Shown here: piece by piece, positions 18,729 through 29,359 of the stretch
How positions within the stretch are numbered: position 1 is the stretch's first letter
How the letters are laid out: every line of letters starts with the position of its first letter
Assembly (NCBI GenBank): GCA_000433755.1
Contig: FR891275.1
Location: 12,721 to 76,720, forward strand
Direction of reading: 5' to 3'
From: Clostridium sp. CAG:465
Lineage (GTDB): Bacteria; Bacillota; Clostridia; TANB77; CAG-465
DNA length: 64,000 nucleotides
Notes under the pieces: generated by a model
Databases searched by the model: none
What the model was told of the DNA's origin: nothing
The model's input: the letters and a program-made list of their open reading frames with translations, nothing else
Made by a program: the position numbers and the translations under genes

Positions 18729-21350
18729 TTATTTTGAGTTAAGTTCTTTTATTCTCTTTTCAATATCATTTAGCATTTCTTCATATTTAATTACTTTCAT
18801 TTTTTCTTGTTCAACAAGATTTGCAGGTGCCTTAGATACAAACTTCTCATTTGACAACATAGATTTTGCTCTGTTTAATTCCTTTAAAACTTTTTCTTTT
18901 TCATTATTTAATCTTTCATTTTCTTTATCTAAATCAACTGCTCCAAGTAAATCTAAATATATGCTAATTCTTGGAAGTGTAATAGAGGTATAATTGTTAT
19001 TTGCCTTTTCTTCTGTATCAATATACTCTATATTCTCTATATATCCAAGTCTTTTTATATAATCTTCGCAAAGTTTAAATAATTTTTTATCATTTTCATT
19101 TTTTAGATATACTTGTGCGTTTACTTTTTTTGATCCATTTATACCTGAATTTAATCTTTCATTACGTATATTACGTATCATATTTAAAAATAATTCTATA
19201 ATTTCAGTTTCTTTTTCAAAGTTATAATTATCACAAGGATACATATCCTTCATAATTGAATTTTTATCAGTATGTAAATTTTGATATATTTCTTCAGTTA
19301 TAAATGGCATATATGGATGTAGCATTTTAATAACTTGTACTAAAACATGATTTAGTGTCCATACTGCAACAGAATATGAAAATGGATTTGTTTCCTTATC
19401 ATATAATCTTGTTTTTACTATTTCTATATACCAATCACAAAAATCTGACCATATAAAGTCATACAATTTTTGAAGCGGCACACCAAGTTCATACTTATCT
19501 AAATTATCTTTTACTTCTTTTTCAAGTTTTGATAATTTTGTTAATATCCATTTGTCAGCAGGTAAAAAGTTTTCAACATTTTCCACTGCTATATCATCTA
19601 TATACATGTTTACAAATTTAGCTGCATTCCAAAGCTTATTTGCAAAATTTCTAGCAGTTTCTAATTTTTCAGGCATATATCTCATATCATTTCCAGCTGA
19701 TATATTTTGAGTAAGTGAAAATCTAAGCGCATCAGTACCATAATTTTCAATTACTTCTATAGGATCAACGCCATTTCCAAGCGATTTAGACATTTTTCTT
19801 CCTTGTGAATCTCTAACTAATCCATGTATATATACATTTTCAAATGGAATTTTATTTGTATAATGAAGCCCTGAAAATATCATTTTACTAACCCAGAATG
19901 TTATAATATCATAACCTGTTACAAGTACTGAATTTGGATAAAAATAGCTATAATCTTCTGTATTATCAGGCCATCCAAGTATTGAGAAAGGCCATAATGC
20001 TGATGAGAACCAAGTATCTAACGTATCTTCATCTTGAACAACTTCTCCTCCACATTCACATATCGTTATATGTTCTTTTGATACTGTAATCTTACCACAC
20101 TCTTTACAATAATACGCAGGTATTCTATGTCCCCACCATAACTGTCTTGATATACACCAATCTTCAATATTTTCCATCCAATTTAAATATATCTTTTCAA
20201 ATCTTTTTGGAATAAATTTAATATCACCATTTTTAACAGCTTCTATTGCTGGTTTTGCAAGTTCTTCCATTTTTACGAACCATTGATTTGATATATACGG
20301 TTCAATTGTATGATGACATCTATAGCAAGATCCTACATTATGTACATGTGGTTCAATTTTTACTAAAGCACCAATATCTTTTAATTCCTTAACAATTTCT
20401 TCTCTTGCTTCTAACGTTGTCATTCCTTCATATTTTCCAGCTTTTTCATTTAATGTACCGTCTTCATTTAATATATTTATAATCTCTAAATCATGTCTTT
20501 TTCCAACTTTAAAGTCATTTGGATCATGTGCTGGAGTAATTTTAACAACACCTGTACCAAATTCCATATCTACATATCTATCAGCAACTACAGGAATATA
20601 TTTATTTACAATTGGAAGAAATACTCTTTTACCTACTATATCTTTGTATCTATCATCATTTGGATTTACAGCAACTGCTGTATCTCCAAGCATTGTTTCA
20701 GGTCTTGTAGTAGCAACAACAACATAATCATCACTATTTTCTATTTTATAACGTATATGCCATAAATTTGACTTTTGTTCTTCATATTCAACCTCAATAT
20801 CTGAAATTGGAGTTTTACACTCAGGGCACCAATTTACAAGTCTTTCACCTTTATATATAATGCCTTCGTTATACAATCTTTCAAATACTTCTAAAACTGC
20901 CTTTGAGCATCCTTCATCCATTGTAAATCTTGCTCTTTGCCAATCACAAGAAAGGCCTAATTTTCTTTGCTGCTCTACGATTTTTCCGCCATATTCTTCT
21001 TTCCATTTCCATGCCTCTTCAAGAAATTTTTCTCTACCAAGACTTTCTTTAGACTTTCCTTCTTTTTTTAATTTTTCTACAACTTTAACTTCTGTTGCAA
21101 TACTTGCATGATCTGTACCTGGTACATATAGCGTTGGATCTCCAAGCATTCTATGATAACGAATTAATATATCTTGAATTGTATCATCTAATGCATGTCC
21201 AATATGTAGCTTTGCTGTTACATTTGGAGGTGGCATAGATATTACAAAAGGTTTTTTATCTTTATCAATTACAGGTTTAAAATATCCATTTTCCTCCCAA
21301 TTTTTATATATTTCATTTTCTCTTTTCTTAAAGTCAAAATTTTTATCCAA
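18729..21350 (-). CDS. valS: valyl-tRNA synthetase
   Basis: HIGH (KLHIGHALDD) and KMSKS motifs, 873 aa, C-terminal coiled coil. Confidence 0.95.
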   Translation of the reverse strand: MDKNFDFKKRENEIYKNWEENGYFKPVIDKDKKPFVISMPPPNVTAKLHIGHALDDTIQDILIRYHRMLGDPTLYVPGTDHASIATEVKVVEKLKKEGKSKESLGREKFLEEAWKWKEEYGGKIVEQQRKLGLSCDWQRARFTMDEGCSKAVLEVFERLYNEGIIYKGERLVNWCPECKTPISDIEVEYEEQKSNLWHIRYKIENSDDYVVVATTRPETMLGDTAVAVNPNDDRYKDIVGKRVFLPIVNKYIPVVADRYVDMEFGTGVVKITPAHDPNDFKVGKRHDLEIINILNEDGTLNEKAGKYEGMTTLEAREEIVKELKDIGALVKIEPHVHNVGSCYRCHHTIEPYISNQWFVKMEELAKPAIEAVKNGDIKFIPKRFEKIYLNWMENIEDWCISRQLWWGHRIPAYYCKECGKITVSKEHITICECGGEVVQDEDTLDTWFSSALWPFSILGWPDNTEDYSYFYPNSVLVTGYDIITFWVSKMIFSGLHYTNKIPFENVYIHGLVRDSQGRKMSKSLGNGVDPIEVIENYGTDALRFSLTQNISAGNDMRYMPEKLETARNFANKLWNAAKFVNMYIDDIAVENVENFLPADKWILTKLSKLEKEVKDNLDKYELGVPLQKLYDFIWSDFCDWYIEIVKTRLYDKETNPFSYSVAVWTLNHVLVQVIKMLHPYMPFITEEIYQNLHTDKNSIMKDMYPCDNYNFEKETEIIELFLNMIRNIRNERLNSGINGSKKVNAQVYLKNENDKKLFKLCEDYIKRLGYIENIEYIDTEEKANNNYTSITLPRISIYLDLLGAVDLDKENERLNNEKEKVLKELNRAKSMLSNEKFVSKAPANLVEQEKMKVIKYEEMLNDIEKRIKELNSK

Positions 21351-21362
21351 CTTATATTCCCC

Positions 21363-21569
21363 CTATCTCATATATATGTATATTATTCCAAGCATACACA
21401 CACTAACAACATATCCTGCTATTTTTATAACTTTTGTAGCTTTATTTTCTTCAACATTTTCAAATCTTTTTCTTGCAATAACTCTTGCGTTAAATATACT
21501 TATTACACAAACAAGTACCACAAGCAAACATATAAATACAATCATATTTTTTACCATATTTATCACCAC
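21363..21569 (-). CDS. possible small membrane protein (68 aa) between the T-box terminator and valS
   Basis: ORF with weak RBS and GTG/ATG start. Could be spurious. Confidence 0.25.
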   Translation of the reverse strand: MVINMVKNMIVFICLLVVLVCVISIFNARVIARKRFENVEENKATKVIKIAGYVVSVCMLGIIYIYMR

Positions 21570-21589
21570 TTCTTTTACTATTTTTACTA

Positions 21590-21870
21590 TATAAAAAACA
21601 CAGTCTTATCCTTAATTTAAGGACGAAGACTGTGTTCGCGGTACCACCTTAATTCATGCTTATGCATGCTCTTAATTACAATTAACCGATTGTTTACGGA
21701 ATATACTTACACATAATATATACTTCAGTATATCAGCTCCAAAGCTACCTTCAAATACATTAGTGTTAGAAAACTTTTCAGCCACGGGTTTTCATCTCTT
21801 ATTTCTATTTGTATTTTACTCCTCTTTATCATCGCTTTTTCATTAAATTACTTTTAAAGTATACCATAAT
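21590..21870 (-). promoter_or_regulatory. T-box riboswitch leader upstream of valS
   Basis: Minus strand carries the T-box consensus AAGGTGGTACCGCG (complement of 21637-21650). A terminator hairpin follows (AACACAGTCTT...AAGACTGTGTT, 21598-21636) and then a U-run. Confidence 0.6.
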
Positions 21871-21909
21871 CTGCTACAAAAATCAATAAATATAGTAACA
21901 TTTTTTATT

Positions 21910-22083
21910 CTATTCTTCTGGTTCTGGAGCCTCTACCGGACAAACACTTCTACAAACTCCACATTCAATACATTTCTCAGGATCTATTACATATTTATCC
22001 TCACCTTGTGATATTGCCCCTACTGGACACTCCAATGCACATGCACCACATGAAATACATTTGTTAGTTATTCTATATGCCAT
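21910..22083 (-). CDS. 2x[4Fe-4S] ferredoxin (57 aa)
   Basis: MAYRITNKCISCGACALECPVGAISQGEDKYVIDPEKCIECGVCRSVCPVEAPEPEE, two CxxCxxCxxxCP motifs, RBS AAGGGGGAAA. Not in the ORF track because of its length. Confidence 0.75.
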   Translation of the reverse strand: MAYRITNKCISCGACALECPVGAISQGEDKYVIDPEKCIECGVCRSVCPVEAPEPEE

Positions 22084-22121
22084 AAATTTTTCCCCCTTAA
22101 ATTCTTATACATTTTATTTTT

Positions 22122-22952
22122 CTAAACTTCTTTACTTTTGTTATTTATAATCATATCTGCATTATACATTTCAAATCTTTCATCTTCTTTATCTTTGCCA
22201 AATTTTACTTTAACTTTTTTTCCTAATATATCAACAGATACTACCTTTCCTTCTTCTCTTTCACCTTTTACTTTTACAAAGCTTCCAACTTTAGGTAAAT
22301 ATTTTAAATTTTCTTTATATGCCTCTTCTTCATATCGTAAACAACACATAAGTTTTCCACATGCACCTGAAAGTTTTGACATATTTATTTGTAATCCTTG
22401 TTCTTTTGCCATTTTAATTGTAACAGGATCAAAGTCTTGTAAAAAAGTTCTACAACAAACTTCTCTACCACACATTCCAAGAGTGGGATATGATTTTATC
22501 TCGTCCCTTGGACCAATTTGCCTTAACTCTATTCTTGTCTTGTATTTTGAAGCCAAACTTTTTACTAATTCTCTGAAATCAATTCTATCTTCAGCCGAAA
22601 AATATACTGTAAGTTTAGTACCATCTAATATATATTCGACGGCCAAAATCTTCATGTCAAGTTTTAGTCTTTTTGCTTCTTTTCTACAAAAATCTGCTAC
22701 TTCTTTTGCTTTAAGCTCTCTTTTTTTCAACTCTTCAAAATCTTTTTTTGAAGCAGGTCTGAGAATTTTGTTTATCTCTATTTTGTTACTTAAACTATCC
22801 TTATCTAATATCTTAACTACTCTTCCTATTTCTTCTCCTCTTTCAGTCTTTGCTATAACACTATCGTTAATCGAAAATTTATATTTTAAAGGATCAAAAT
22901 ATTGCATTTTGCCTGTCTTTTTAAATCTAACTGCTATTATTTTATTTTCCAT
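22122..22952 (-). CDS. ricT: PSP1-domain protein YaaT/RicT (stage 0 sporulation / RNase Y regulation)
   Basis: PSP1 C-terminal domain with the Cys-rich GMCGREVCC...CGKLMCC stretch. Confidence 0.85.
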   Translation of the reverse strand: MENKIIAVRFKKTGKMQYFDPLKYKFSINDSVIAKTERGEEIGRVVKILDKDSLSNKIEINKILRPASKKDFEELKKRELKAKEVADFCRKEAKRLKLDMKILAVEYILDGTKLTVYFSAEDRIDFRELVKSLASKYKTRIELRQIGPRDEIKSYPTLGMCGREVCCRTFLQDFDPVTIKMAKEQGLQINMSKLSGACGKLMCCLRYEEEAYKENLKYLPKVGSFVKVKGEREEGKVVSVDILGKKVKVKFGKDKEDERFEMYNADMIINNKSKEV

Positions 22953-22961
22953 ATTCCCTCC

Positions 22962-23798
22962 TTATATTTCATCTATTATTTTTAAAATCATATTATCAAT
23001 TACTATATCATAATTTCCATTTCGTTTAAGCCTTGAAATAGCTCTTTCTACAACACAAACGCCGTTATATATTTTGTTAGAATACAAAATATATTCTAAA
23101 TATTCTAATAATTCTAAATTATCAAATTTTATATTCTGTGAAATTTTCATTGCAGATACTGAATCTTTTTTAATAACGTAATCTACCATTTTATCTACTT
23201 CTTCAAACTGCGTCATAAGTTCATTTTCTACAATATTTATAGCTTTTCCAACAGAGCCATTAATATACTCTAATATATTAGAACTTAAATTAATATTAAA
23301 TTTATCTTTTATATATTGGTTTACGCTCTTATTATCTAATCCTTCAAAATTTATTTTATTTGTCCTTGAAAGGATTGTTGTAAGTATTTTATTTATATTA
23401 GAACATATTAGTATAATAACAACAGATTTTGGCGGTTCCTCTAAAGTTTTAAGTAAAGAATTTTGAGCTGCAATATTCATATAATCTGCATCATTAATAA
23501 TATATACTTTATGATCACCTGAAATTGGTGCAATATACACATCATCAATTATTTCTTTTCTAATTTGTTCTATTATTATATCCTTTTTATCTTCTAACCT
23601 TGAAACCAATTTAAAATCAGGACAACTATCTAAATTTGATGTATTTAATATATACTTTGCAAGTTCCTTTGCAAATGTTAGTTTTCCTATTCCATCTTCA
23701 CCAAAAAAGATATAAGAATGTGATATATTATGTTTGTTTATAACCTCTTCAAAATATGTCTTTTTTTCATCATGTCCCATTATATTCTCAAACATCAT
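22962..23798 (-). CDS. holB: DNA polymerase III delta-prime subunit
   Basis: AAA+ clamp-loader fold (GEDGIGK Walker A-like, SRT motif). Conserved position upstream of yaaT. Confidence 0.85.
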   Translation of the reverse strand: MMFENIMGHDEKKTYFEEVINKHNISHSYIFFGEDGIGKLTFAKELAKYILNTSNLDSCPDFKLVSRLEDKKDIIIEQIRKEIIDDVYIAPISGDHKVYIINDADYMNIAAQNSLLKTLEEPPKSVVIILICSNINKILTTILSRTNKINFEGLDNKSVNQYIKDKFNINLSSNILEYINGSVGKAINIVENELMTQFEEVDKMVDYVIKKDSVSAMKISQNIKFDNLELLEYLEYILYSNKIYNGVCVVERAISRLKRNGNYDIVIDNMILKIIDEI

Positions 23799-23813
23799 AT
23801 ATCACCTCTATTT

Positions 23814-24683
23814 TTATAATTTACCAATTTTATTTAATGGCCATACCCTAATTACAACATATCCATTTACTTTTTCAATAGGTACGCAACCAAAGAATCT
23901 TGAATCTTTACTTGATAATCTATTATCCCCCATCATAAACACAGTTCCAGCAGGAACTACAACATCGTTATATTTATCTTTATTAGTTACTTGCTCATTT
24001 AAATATGGTTCATCTAATTTTTCACCATTTCTATAAACAAAACCATCATCTCCTATTACTATATGATCTCCTGGAAGCCCAATAACTCTTTTTACATAAC
24101 TAGACTTTCCAATTCCCATAAAGTTATAGAAGAATGAATCAATACCTGTTTTTTCAGTATAAGAGGCTATATTATTTTCATTAACTTCTAAATCATCTTC
24201 AAGTGGAGCCTCAAAAGTTACAATATCACCATATTTCAAATCTCTTTTAAATATAGTAGGTCTTGAAATAATTAATCTATCATTTTCTTTAGTAGTTGGA
24301 AACATTGAAACCTGTTTTACCCCAGATATAGTACCAACAAAATAATTTATTATTAAATAAAGTACATATGCAATAACTAAACATAGGACCCATTCTAATA
24401 TTTCTTTTATAATTGCCTTACTATTTTTCCTAACTTTAGCTCTAGTTTCATTGTTTATCTCGTCTGCTCTTATTTTATCATTTACATCTATATCATCATA
24501 AACAATTTCTTCTTTTTTAGGTGCTTCGTCTTTTTGATTTATTTCTTCTTTCTTTTCTTCAACTTTAATGTCATTATCCTTTTTTTCTATATTTTTCTTT
24601 ACCTTTGTAACTTTTCCGTTCTCATCTATATCATCAAATTCAATTTCTTTTTTTTCACTTTCGTTATTATCCATATATTTCAT
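23814..24683 (-). CDS. lepB: signal peptidase I (S26) with a long acidic N-terminal extension
   Basis: SMFPT catalytic Ser box, VKRVIGLPGD and GDNRLSSKDSR boxes. Confidence 0.85.
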   Translation of the reverse strand: MKYMDNNESEKKEIEFDDIDENGKVTKVKKNIEKKDNDIKVEEKKEEINQKDEAPKKEEIVYDDIDVNDKIRADEINNETRAKVRKNSKAIIKEILEWVLCLVIAYVLYLIINYFVGTISGVKQVSMFPTTKENDRLIISRPTIFKRDLKYGDIVTFEAPLEDDLEVNENNIASYTEKTGIDSFFYNFMGIGKSSYVKRVIGLPGDHIVIGDDGFVYRNGEKLDEPYLNEQVTNKDKYNDVVVPAGTVFMMGDNRLSSKDSRFFGCVPIEKVNGYVVIRVWPLNKIGKL

Positions 24684-24802
24684 TGCTAAATAATATTAGC
24701 AACTCTCCTCCTCTCAATATATCAACATAATAATTTTAACATAAACTTAAACAAAAAACAATATATAACTAAAAAATATACAAATTTAAGGCTGCGTAAA
24801 AA

Positions 24803-25045
24803 TTACGCAACCTTAAACATATGCATTAATGTATCCAAAGCCAAATTATAATTTTCATCAACAATTTCATAAGGCGGTTTAAATGACTTAACCGTTCCGT
24901 CTTCATATTCCTTAATGGTATCAAAATACCAGTATATAGTTTTGTTTACCTTAAAAATATACCGCTTATTTTCTCCATTATCAATCATTGACAAAGTGCA
25001 TGTTACATTATTTTTCTCTCTGATAGCTAATAATTTTTCAGTCAT
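24803..25045 (-). CDS. hypothetical protein (80 aa)
   Basis: ORF only. Confidence 0.35.
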   Translation of the reverse strand: MTEKLLAIREKNNVTCTLSMIDNGENKRYIFKVNKTIYWYFDTIKEYEDGTVKSFKPPYEIVDENYNLALDTLMHMFKVA

Positions 25046-25132
25046 ATAACATAACCTCCAAAAAAGTGATTTTTAGTTTCATATTAACTCTATAAAAGAA
25101 TTATAACATACATCGGCTATTAATTCAATAAA

Positions 25133-27076
25133 TTAATGAATATTACTTCCATTTTCTAATGAGCCCTTATTATTATCTAAAGTAAGAAGTTTTACAACAT
25201 CATAATCACCTGCTGCAAGAAGCATTCCATTTGATTCAACACCTCTAAGTTTTGCTGGTTTTAGGTTTGTAACAACAACAACTTGTTTTCCTAATAACTC
25301 TTCTTCTGTATAAAATTCAACAAGTCCTGAAACTATAGTTCTTGGTTGTTCCTCTCCTACATCAACACTTAATTTATACAACTTATCAGATTTTTCTATT
25401 CTACTTACTTCTTTTATTTGACCAACCTTAAGCTCAACTTTATCAAGTTCATCAATTGTAATTATTCCTTTTTTATTTTCTTCAACTTTTTCTTTTTCTT
25501 CATTTTTTTCTACAACTTGTTCATTCATTTTTTCTATCTCCTCTTTAATATCAACTCTTGGAAATAAATTATTACCTTTTGTTACAATTGTACCTTCTTT
25601 TAGAAGGCCAAAATTCTTTGCACAATCCCAACTTGTTATATCTTCATCAATTCCTATTTGTTTAAAAATTTCACCTGGGACATCAACCATATATGGTCTA
25701 AGTAAGATACCTATTATTCTTATACATTCAACTAGATTATATAGTACTGTATTTAGTCTATCATCTTTTCCTTCTTTACCAAGTACCCATGGCATTGATA
25801 AATCAATATATTTATTTGACTTATCAATAAGTTTCCAAATTTCTGTAATTGCATCATTTATTTTTAATTTATCCATTGATTCTTCAACCTTTAATGGTAC
25901 TTCTTTTGCAAGTTGAATCAAATCATCATCATAATTTTCAAAAGATTTTCCTTTTTTTATTACTCCATTATTATACTTAGAAACCATTGCAGTTACTCTA
26001 CTTACAAGATTTCCTAAATCATTTGATAAATCCGAGTTAGATTTTTCCAAAAATAACTCTTCTGAGAAATTTCCATCTTGTCCTAAAGTCATTTCATGAA
26101 GTAGGAAATATCTTACAGAATCCCTTGAAGTTGCATTTATATATACTCTTGGATCTTTATAATTTCCAAATGATTTTGATATTTTATTTCCATCAACTAC
26201 AAGCCATCCATGACCATATATTTTCTTTGGAAGTGGTAAATCAAGTGCCATTAAAAGTGCTGGCCATATCATTGCATGGAACCTAAATATTTCTTTTCCA
26301 ACTAAATGTAGATCTGCTGGCCAATACTTCTTAAATTTTGATTCATCACCACTTAAATATCCAAGTCCAGATATATAGTTAGTTAAAGCATCTATCCAAA
26401 CATATACTGTATGTTTTGGATCAAATGGTACCTTTATTCCCCATTTAACACCTGTTCTTGAAACACATAAATCCTCAATACCCTTTTTAAAGAAATTGTT
26501 TATAAGCTCATTCTTTCTTGAAATAGGCTCTAAAAATTCAGGATTCTCATCAAAGAACTTAAGTAATCTATCTTGATATTTTGAAAGTTTAAAGAAATAA
26601 CTTTCCTCTTTTACAAGTTCAACATCTCTGCCACAATCAGGACATTTTCCATCTACAGCTTGTGTTTCAGTCCAAAACGACTCACATGGAGTACAATATA
26701 GTCCTTCATATTCAGATTTATAAATATCTCCCTTATTATATAATTTTTCAAATATTTTCTTAACACATTCAACATGTTCTTCATCAGTTGTTCTTATATA
26801 CTTATCATATGTTATTCCTAAATCATTCCATAATTTCTTTGTATCTGTTACAATTTTATCAACATATTCTTTTGGAGTAACACCTGCGTCTTTTGCTTTT
26901 CTTTCAATTTTTTGTCCGTGTTCATCTGTTCCTGTCATGAAAAACACGTCATATCCTCTAAGCCTTTTATATCTTGCAATTGCATCAGCTACAACTGTAC
27001 AGTAACAATGTCCAATATGAAAGTTACCACTTGGATAATATATAGGTGTTGTAATATAATATTTCTGCTTTTCCAC
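25133..27076 (-). CDS. metG: methionyl-tRNA synthetase with C-terminal tRNA-binding (EMAP-like) domain; probable GTG start at 27076
   Basis: HIGH-type motif (NFHIGH), KISKS, zinc knuckle CPDCGR. RBS AAGGAG lies 8 nt before the GTG. Confidence 0.95.
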   Translation of the reverse strand: MEKQKYYITTPIYYPSGNFHIGHCYCTVVADAIARYKRLRGYDVFFMTGTDEHGQKIERKAKDAGVTPKEYVDKIVTDTKKLWNDLGITYDKYIRTTDEEHVECVKKIFEKLYNKGDIYKSEYEGLYCTPCESFWTETQAVDGKCPDCGRDVELVKEESYFFKLSKYQDRLLKFFDENPEFLEPISRKNELINNFFKKGIEDLCVSRTGVKWGIKVPFDPKHTVYVWIDALTNYISGLGYLSGDESKFKKYWPADLHLVGKEIFRFHAMIWPALLMALDLPLPKKIYGHGWLVVDGNKISKSFGNYKDPRVYINATSRDSVRYFLLHEMTLGQDGNFSEELFLEKSNSDLSNDLGNLVSRVTAMVSKYNNGVIKKGKSFENYDDDLIQLAKEVPLKVEESMDKLKINDAITEIWKLIDKSNKYIDLSMPWVLGKEGKDDRLNTVLYNLVECIRIIGILLRPYMVDVPGEIFKQIGIDEDITSWDCAKNFGLLKEGTIVTKGNNLFPRVDIKEEIEKMNEQVVEKNEEKEKVEENKKGIITIDELDKVELKVGQIKEVSRIEKSDKLYKLSVDVGEEQPRTIVSGLVEFYTEEELLGKQVVVVTNLKPAKLRGVESNGMLLAAGDYDVVKLLTLDNNKGSLENGSNIH

Positions 27077-27081
27077 TTTAA

Positions 27082-27486
27082 TCACTCCTTATTTACTTTT
27101 ACTACTACTGTAGATATAGCATTATCCTTTACATGAGAAATGCTAACATCTATTTCTACCTCATGTTTATCACATGCTTTTTTTATTTCTTCATTTAAAA
27201 TATATACCTTTGGTCTTCTAGATAGTTCCTCTATATTTAATATTTCTACATCTAAGTAGCTTATTGTTAAATTGTTTTCTATTATAAATTTAGACATTGC
27301 TTTATATATTGCTTCTTTTGCAGCAAATCTTCCAGCATATCTTTGATATTTTATATCAGATTTTATTTTGTCTATATTTTCTATTTCATTTTTTGTATAT
27401 ATATTTTCCTTAAATCCTTTTGTATTCTTTACTGCATCTTCTATACGAGATACCTCAATTATATCAGTTCCACAATATATTTGCAT
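27082..27486 (-). CDS. acpS: holo-[acyl-carrier-protein] synthase
   Basis: [10 protein letters not shown] and GRFAAKEA motifs, 134 aa. Confidence 0.85.
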   Translation of the reverse strand: MQIYCGTDIIEVSRIEDAVKNTKGFKENIYTKNEIENIDKIKSDIKYQRYAGRFAAKEAIYKAMSKFIIENNLTISYLDVEILNIEELSRRPKVYILNEEIKKACDKHEVEIDVSISHVKDNAISTVVVKVNKE

Positions 27487-27498
27487 AAAATTCCCCCA

Positions 27499-28878
27499 TT
27501 AAAATTTCTTTTCAAACTTATGCTTTATCCAGCTTGCAATAAGATATGTTGGATAACTTAAAGCTGAAAAAACCATTGCTATTATTATATATACTTGAAT
27601 ATCCTCTAAATTTATTACATTTGTTAACATTTGAATACCAGAAAAACTTATATTTATAACATAAAAAATCATAAGTATCATATTTATCCTTGATTGATTA
27701 TTGCTTACAACATAATCATAATATTCTAAATATTCTTTATGAACCTCGTCATAAAGTTCTGGAAGACCAAATGCTTTTTGCCATAATTTCCAGATATCCA
27801 TTCCGTGTTCTGAGTTAGTAATTTGTCCAAACCAACTTGAATTTGTAAATTGAGTTAAATTTTTCTTTAATTTTTTAACTGCAGTTTTATCTTGTCTCAT
27901 TAAATTCTGCGAAAAATTTATAAGACTGATTCTTTGATATAGCGCTATAAGCACCATATACAAATATCTTTTTTCAAAATTATATGGCATTCTTGTTATA
28001 TCATATTTTTCTTTATCAGATACAAATACAACTCCACTCTCTCTTGAAAATCCAAACATTGAGTATTTCCATCTTGAATAAACGTTATCAAAAAGTCTAT
28101 CACATTCTTCATTAAAAATAGCACTACTTTTACTATGCATAACGTACTGAAATTTATAGAAATCATTTTGCATTTTATAAAAATCTGTATCTTTCTCCCA
28201 ATTATCTACACAAACATATGAATATGTAAACATTTTGTCAAAATACATTTTATCTAAACTTTTGCTTTCATATTCAGAAGTTATATTTCTTATAAATTTA
28301 GGAATATTAACAGTTTTACTATTTTCAACTATTCTATTGGTTGCACTTCCTTTTATTCTAGGTGTTAAATTTCTAAAATAATGGTTAAAATCTAATATTT
28401 TATTAAAGTCAATTAACTCACTTTTCTCATCAATTTGTGTTTTAAAGTCTATGAAACATATACCACCTTCAAAACATATTATTTTAATATCCGATATATC
28501 ATAATTAATAACTTTACCATCGAAATCTGTTATACTACCTTTTTTTATTCTAGCCATATTATATTTAAACGTTATACATGTAGTTTTACTAAGTTCTAAT
28601 GATCTTCTAAAAACTCCTTGCGTTTTAAATTTTTTTATATACTTTTTATCCCAAAATAAAGAAGGAAACAAAAATTTTCTCATATATGGCAAAAAGAAAT
28701 CGTACGACTCTTCATCGCTTTTATATTGATGATATACCATAGTCCACTCTTTTGTTTTCTTTAATATGCTTTCTATAAAATATGGATATTTCTCACTCTC
28801 TATTACAAACGGATATAGAAAATGAGTATACTGATATTTGGCTTTAATATGCATATTACCACCTCTTTTGTTATACAT
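27499..28878 (-). CDS. hypothetical protein: large N-terminal cytoplasmic domain plus two C-terminal TM helices (CorA-like topology)
   Basis: 459 aa. The only hydrophobic segments are in the last ~60 residues. No catalytic motif recognised. Confidence 0.45.
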   Translation of the reverse strand: MYNKRGGNMHIKAKYQYTHFLYPFVIESEKYPYFIESILKKTKEWTMVYHQYKSDEESYDFFLPYMRKFLFPSLFWDKKYIKKFKTQGVFRRSLELSKTTCITFKYNMARIKKGSITDFDGKVINYDISDIKIICFEGGICFIDFKTQIDEKSELIDFNKILDFNHYFRNLTPRIKGSATNRIVENSKTVNIPKFIRNITSEYESKSLDKMYFDKMFTYSYVCVDNWEKDTDFYKMQNDFYKFQYVMHSKSSAIFNEECDRLFDNVYSRWKYSMFGFSRESGVVFVSDKEKYDITRMPYNFEKRYLYMVLIALYQRISLINFSQNLMRQDKTAVKKLKKNLTQFTNSSWFGQITNSEHGMDIWKLWQKAFGLPELYDEVHKEYLEYYDYVVSNNQSRINMILMIFYVINISFSGIQMLTNVINLEDIQVYIIIAMVFSALSYPTYLIASWIKHKFEKKF

Positions 28879-28938
28879 ATATATTATACTGTTTTTTACA
28901 TAAAGTCAATATTTTTACAATAATTTTAACATAAACAC

Positions 28939-28967
28939 TTGATTTTTGAAACTATAAATGCTATAAT
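28939..28967 (+). promoter_or_regulatory. sigma-A-type promoter for tRNA-Pro (TTGATT, 17 nt spacer, TATAAT)
   Basis: Hexamers read from the sequence about 20 nt upstream of the tRNA 5' end. Confidence 0.4.
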
Positions 28968-28986
28968 AATTTAGTACTTGATGTAT

Positions 28987-29062
28987 CGGGGTATAGCTCA
29001 GTTGGTAGAGCGCGTGGTTTGGGACCATGAGGTCGCACGTTCGAACCGTGTTACTCCGACCA
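28987..29062 (+). tRNA. tRNA-Pro (anticodon TGG) with encoded CCA
   Basis: Manual fold: 7-bp acceptor stem (one G-U), D-arm GCTC/GAGC, anticodon loop TTTGGGA, T-arm GCACG-TTCGAAC-CGTGT, discriminator A + CCA. 76 nt. Confidence 0.85.
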
Positions 29063-29214
29063 TATTTAAGCAGTAAATTCAATTTACTGTTTATTTTTTG
29101 TTGAATTTCAATAGAATTTATAAGAAGTTAAAACCTAGTAAATATGCTATTTTCAAAGTAATTTTGAAGATCGGCATATTTTTTTATTCTAAAAAAATTA
29201 TTTTAACTGCTTAT

Positions 29215-29300
29215 AAATTCCAGAAAATTACCCTATTTTTCTCTGGAAAGAATTTCTGGAAAATTTTATATTCATTTCTGGAATTTCTGGAAAATCAAAA
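29215..29300. repeat. iteron-like cluster: at least five copies of TTTCTGGAA(A) and its complement TTCCAGAAA, directly upstream of the RepA_N gene
   Basis: Copies at about 29218, 29241, 29254, 29275, 29285, plus a degenerate TTTTCCAAAAA at 29327. The overlapping 93-aa ORF 29098..29379 is probably spurious. Confidence 0.5.
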
Positions 29301-29359
29301 ATTGTTTATTTCAAGCAGATTTATAGTTTTCCAAAAAATTGAAAGGAGAACTGAATTAA

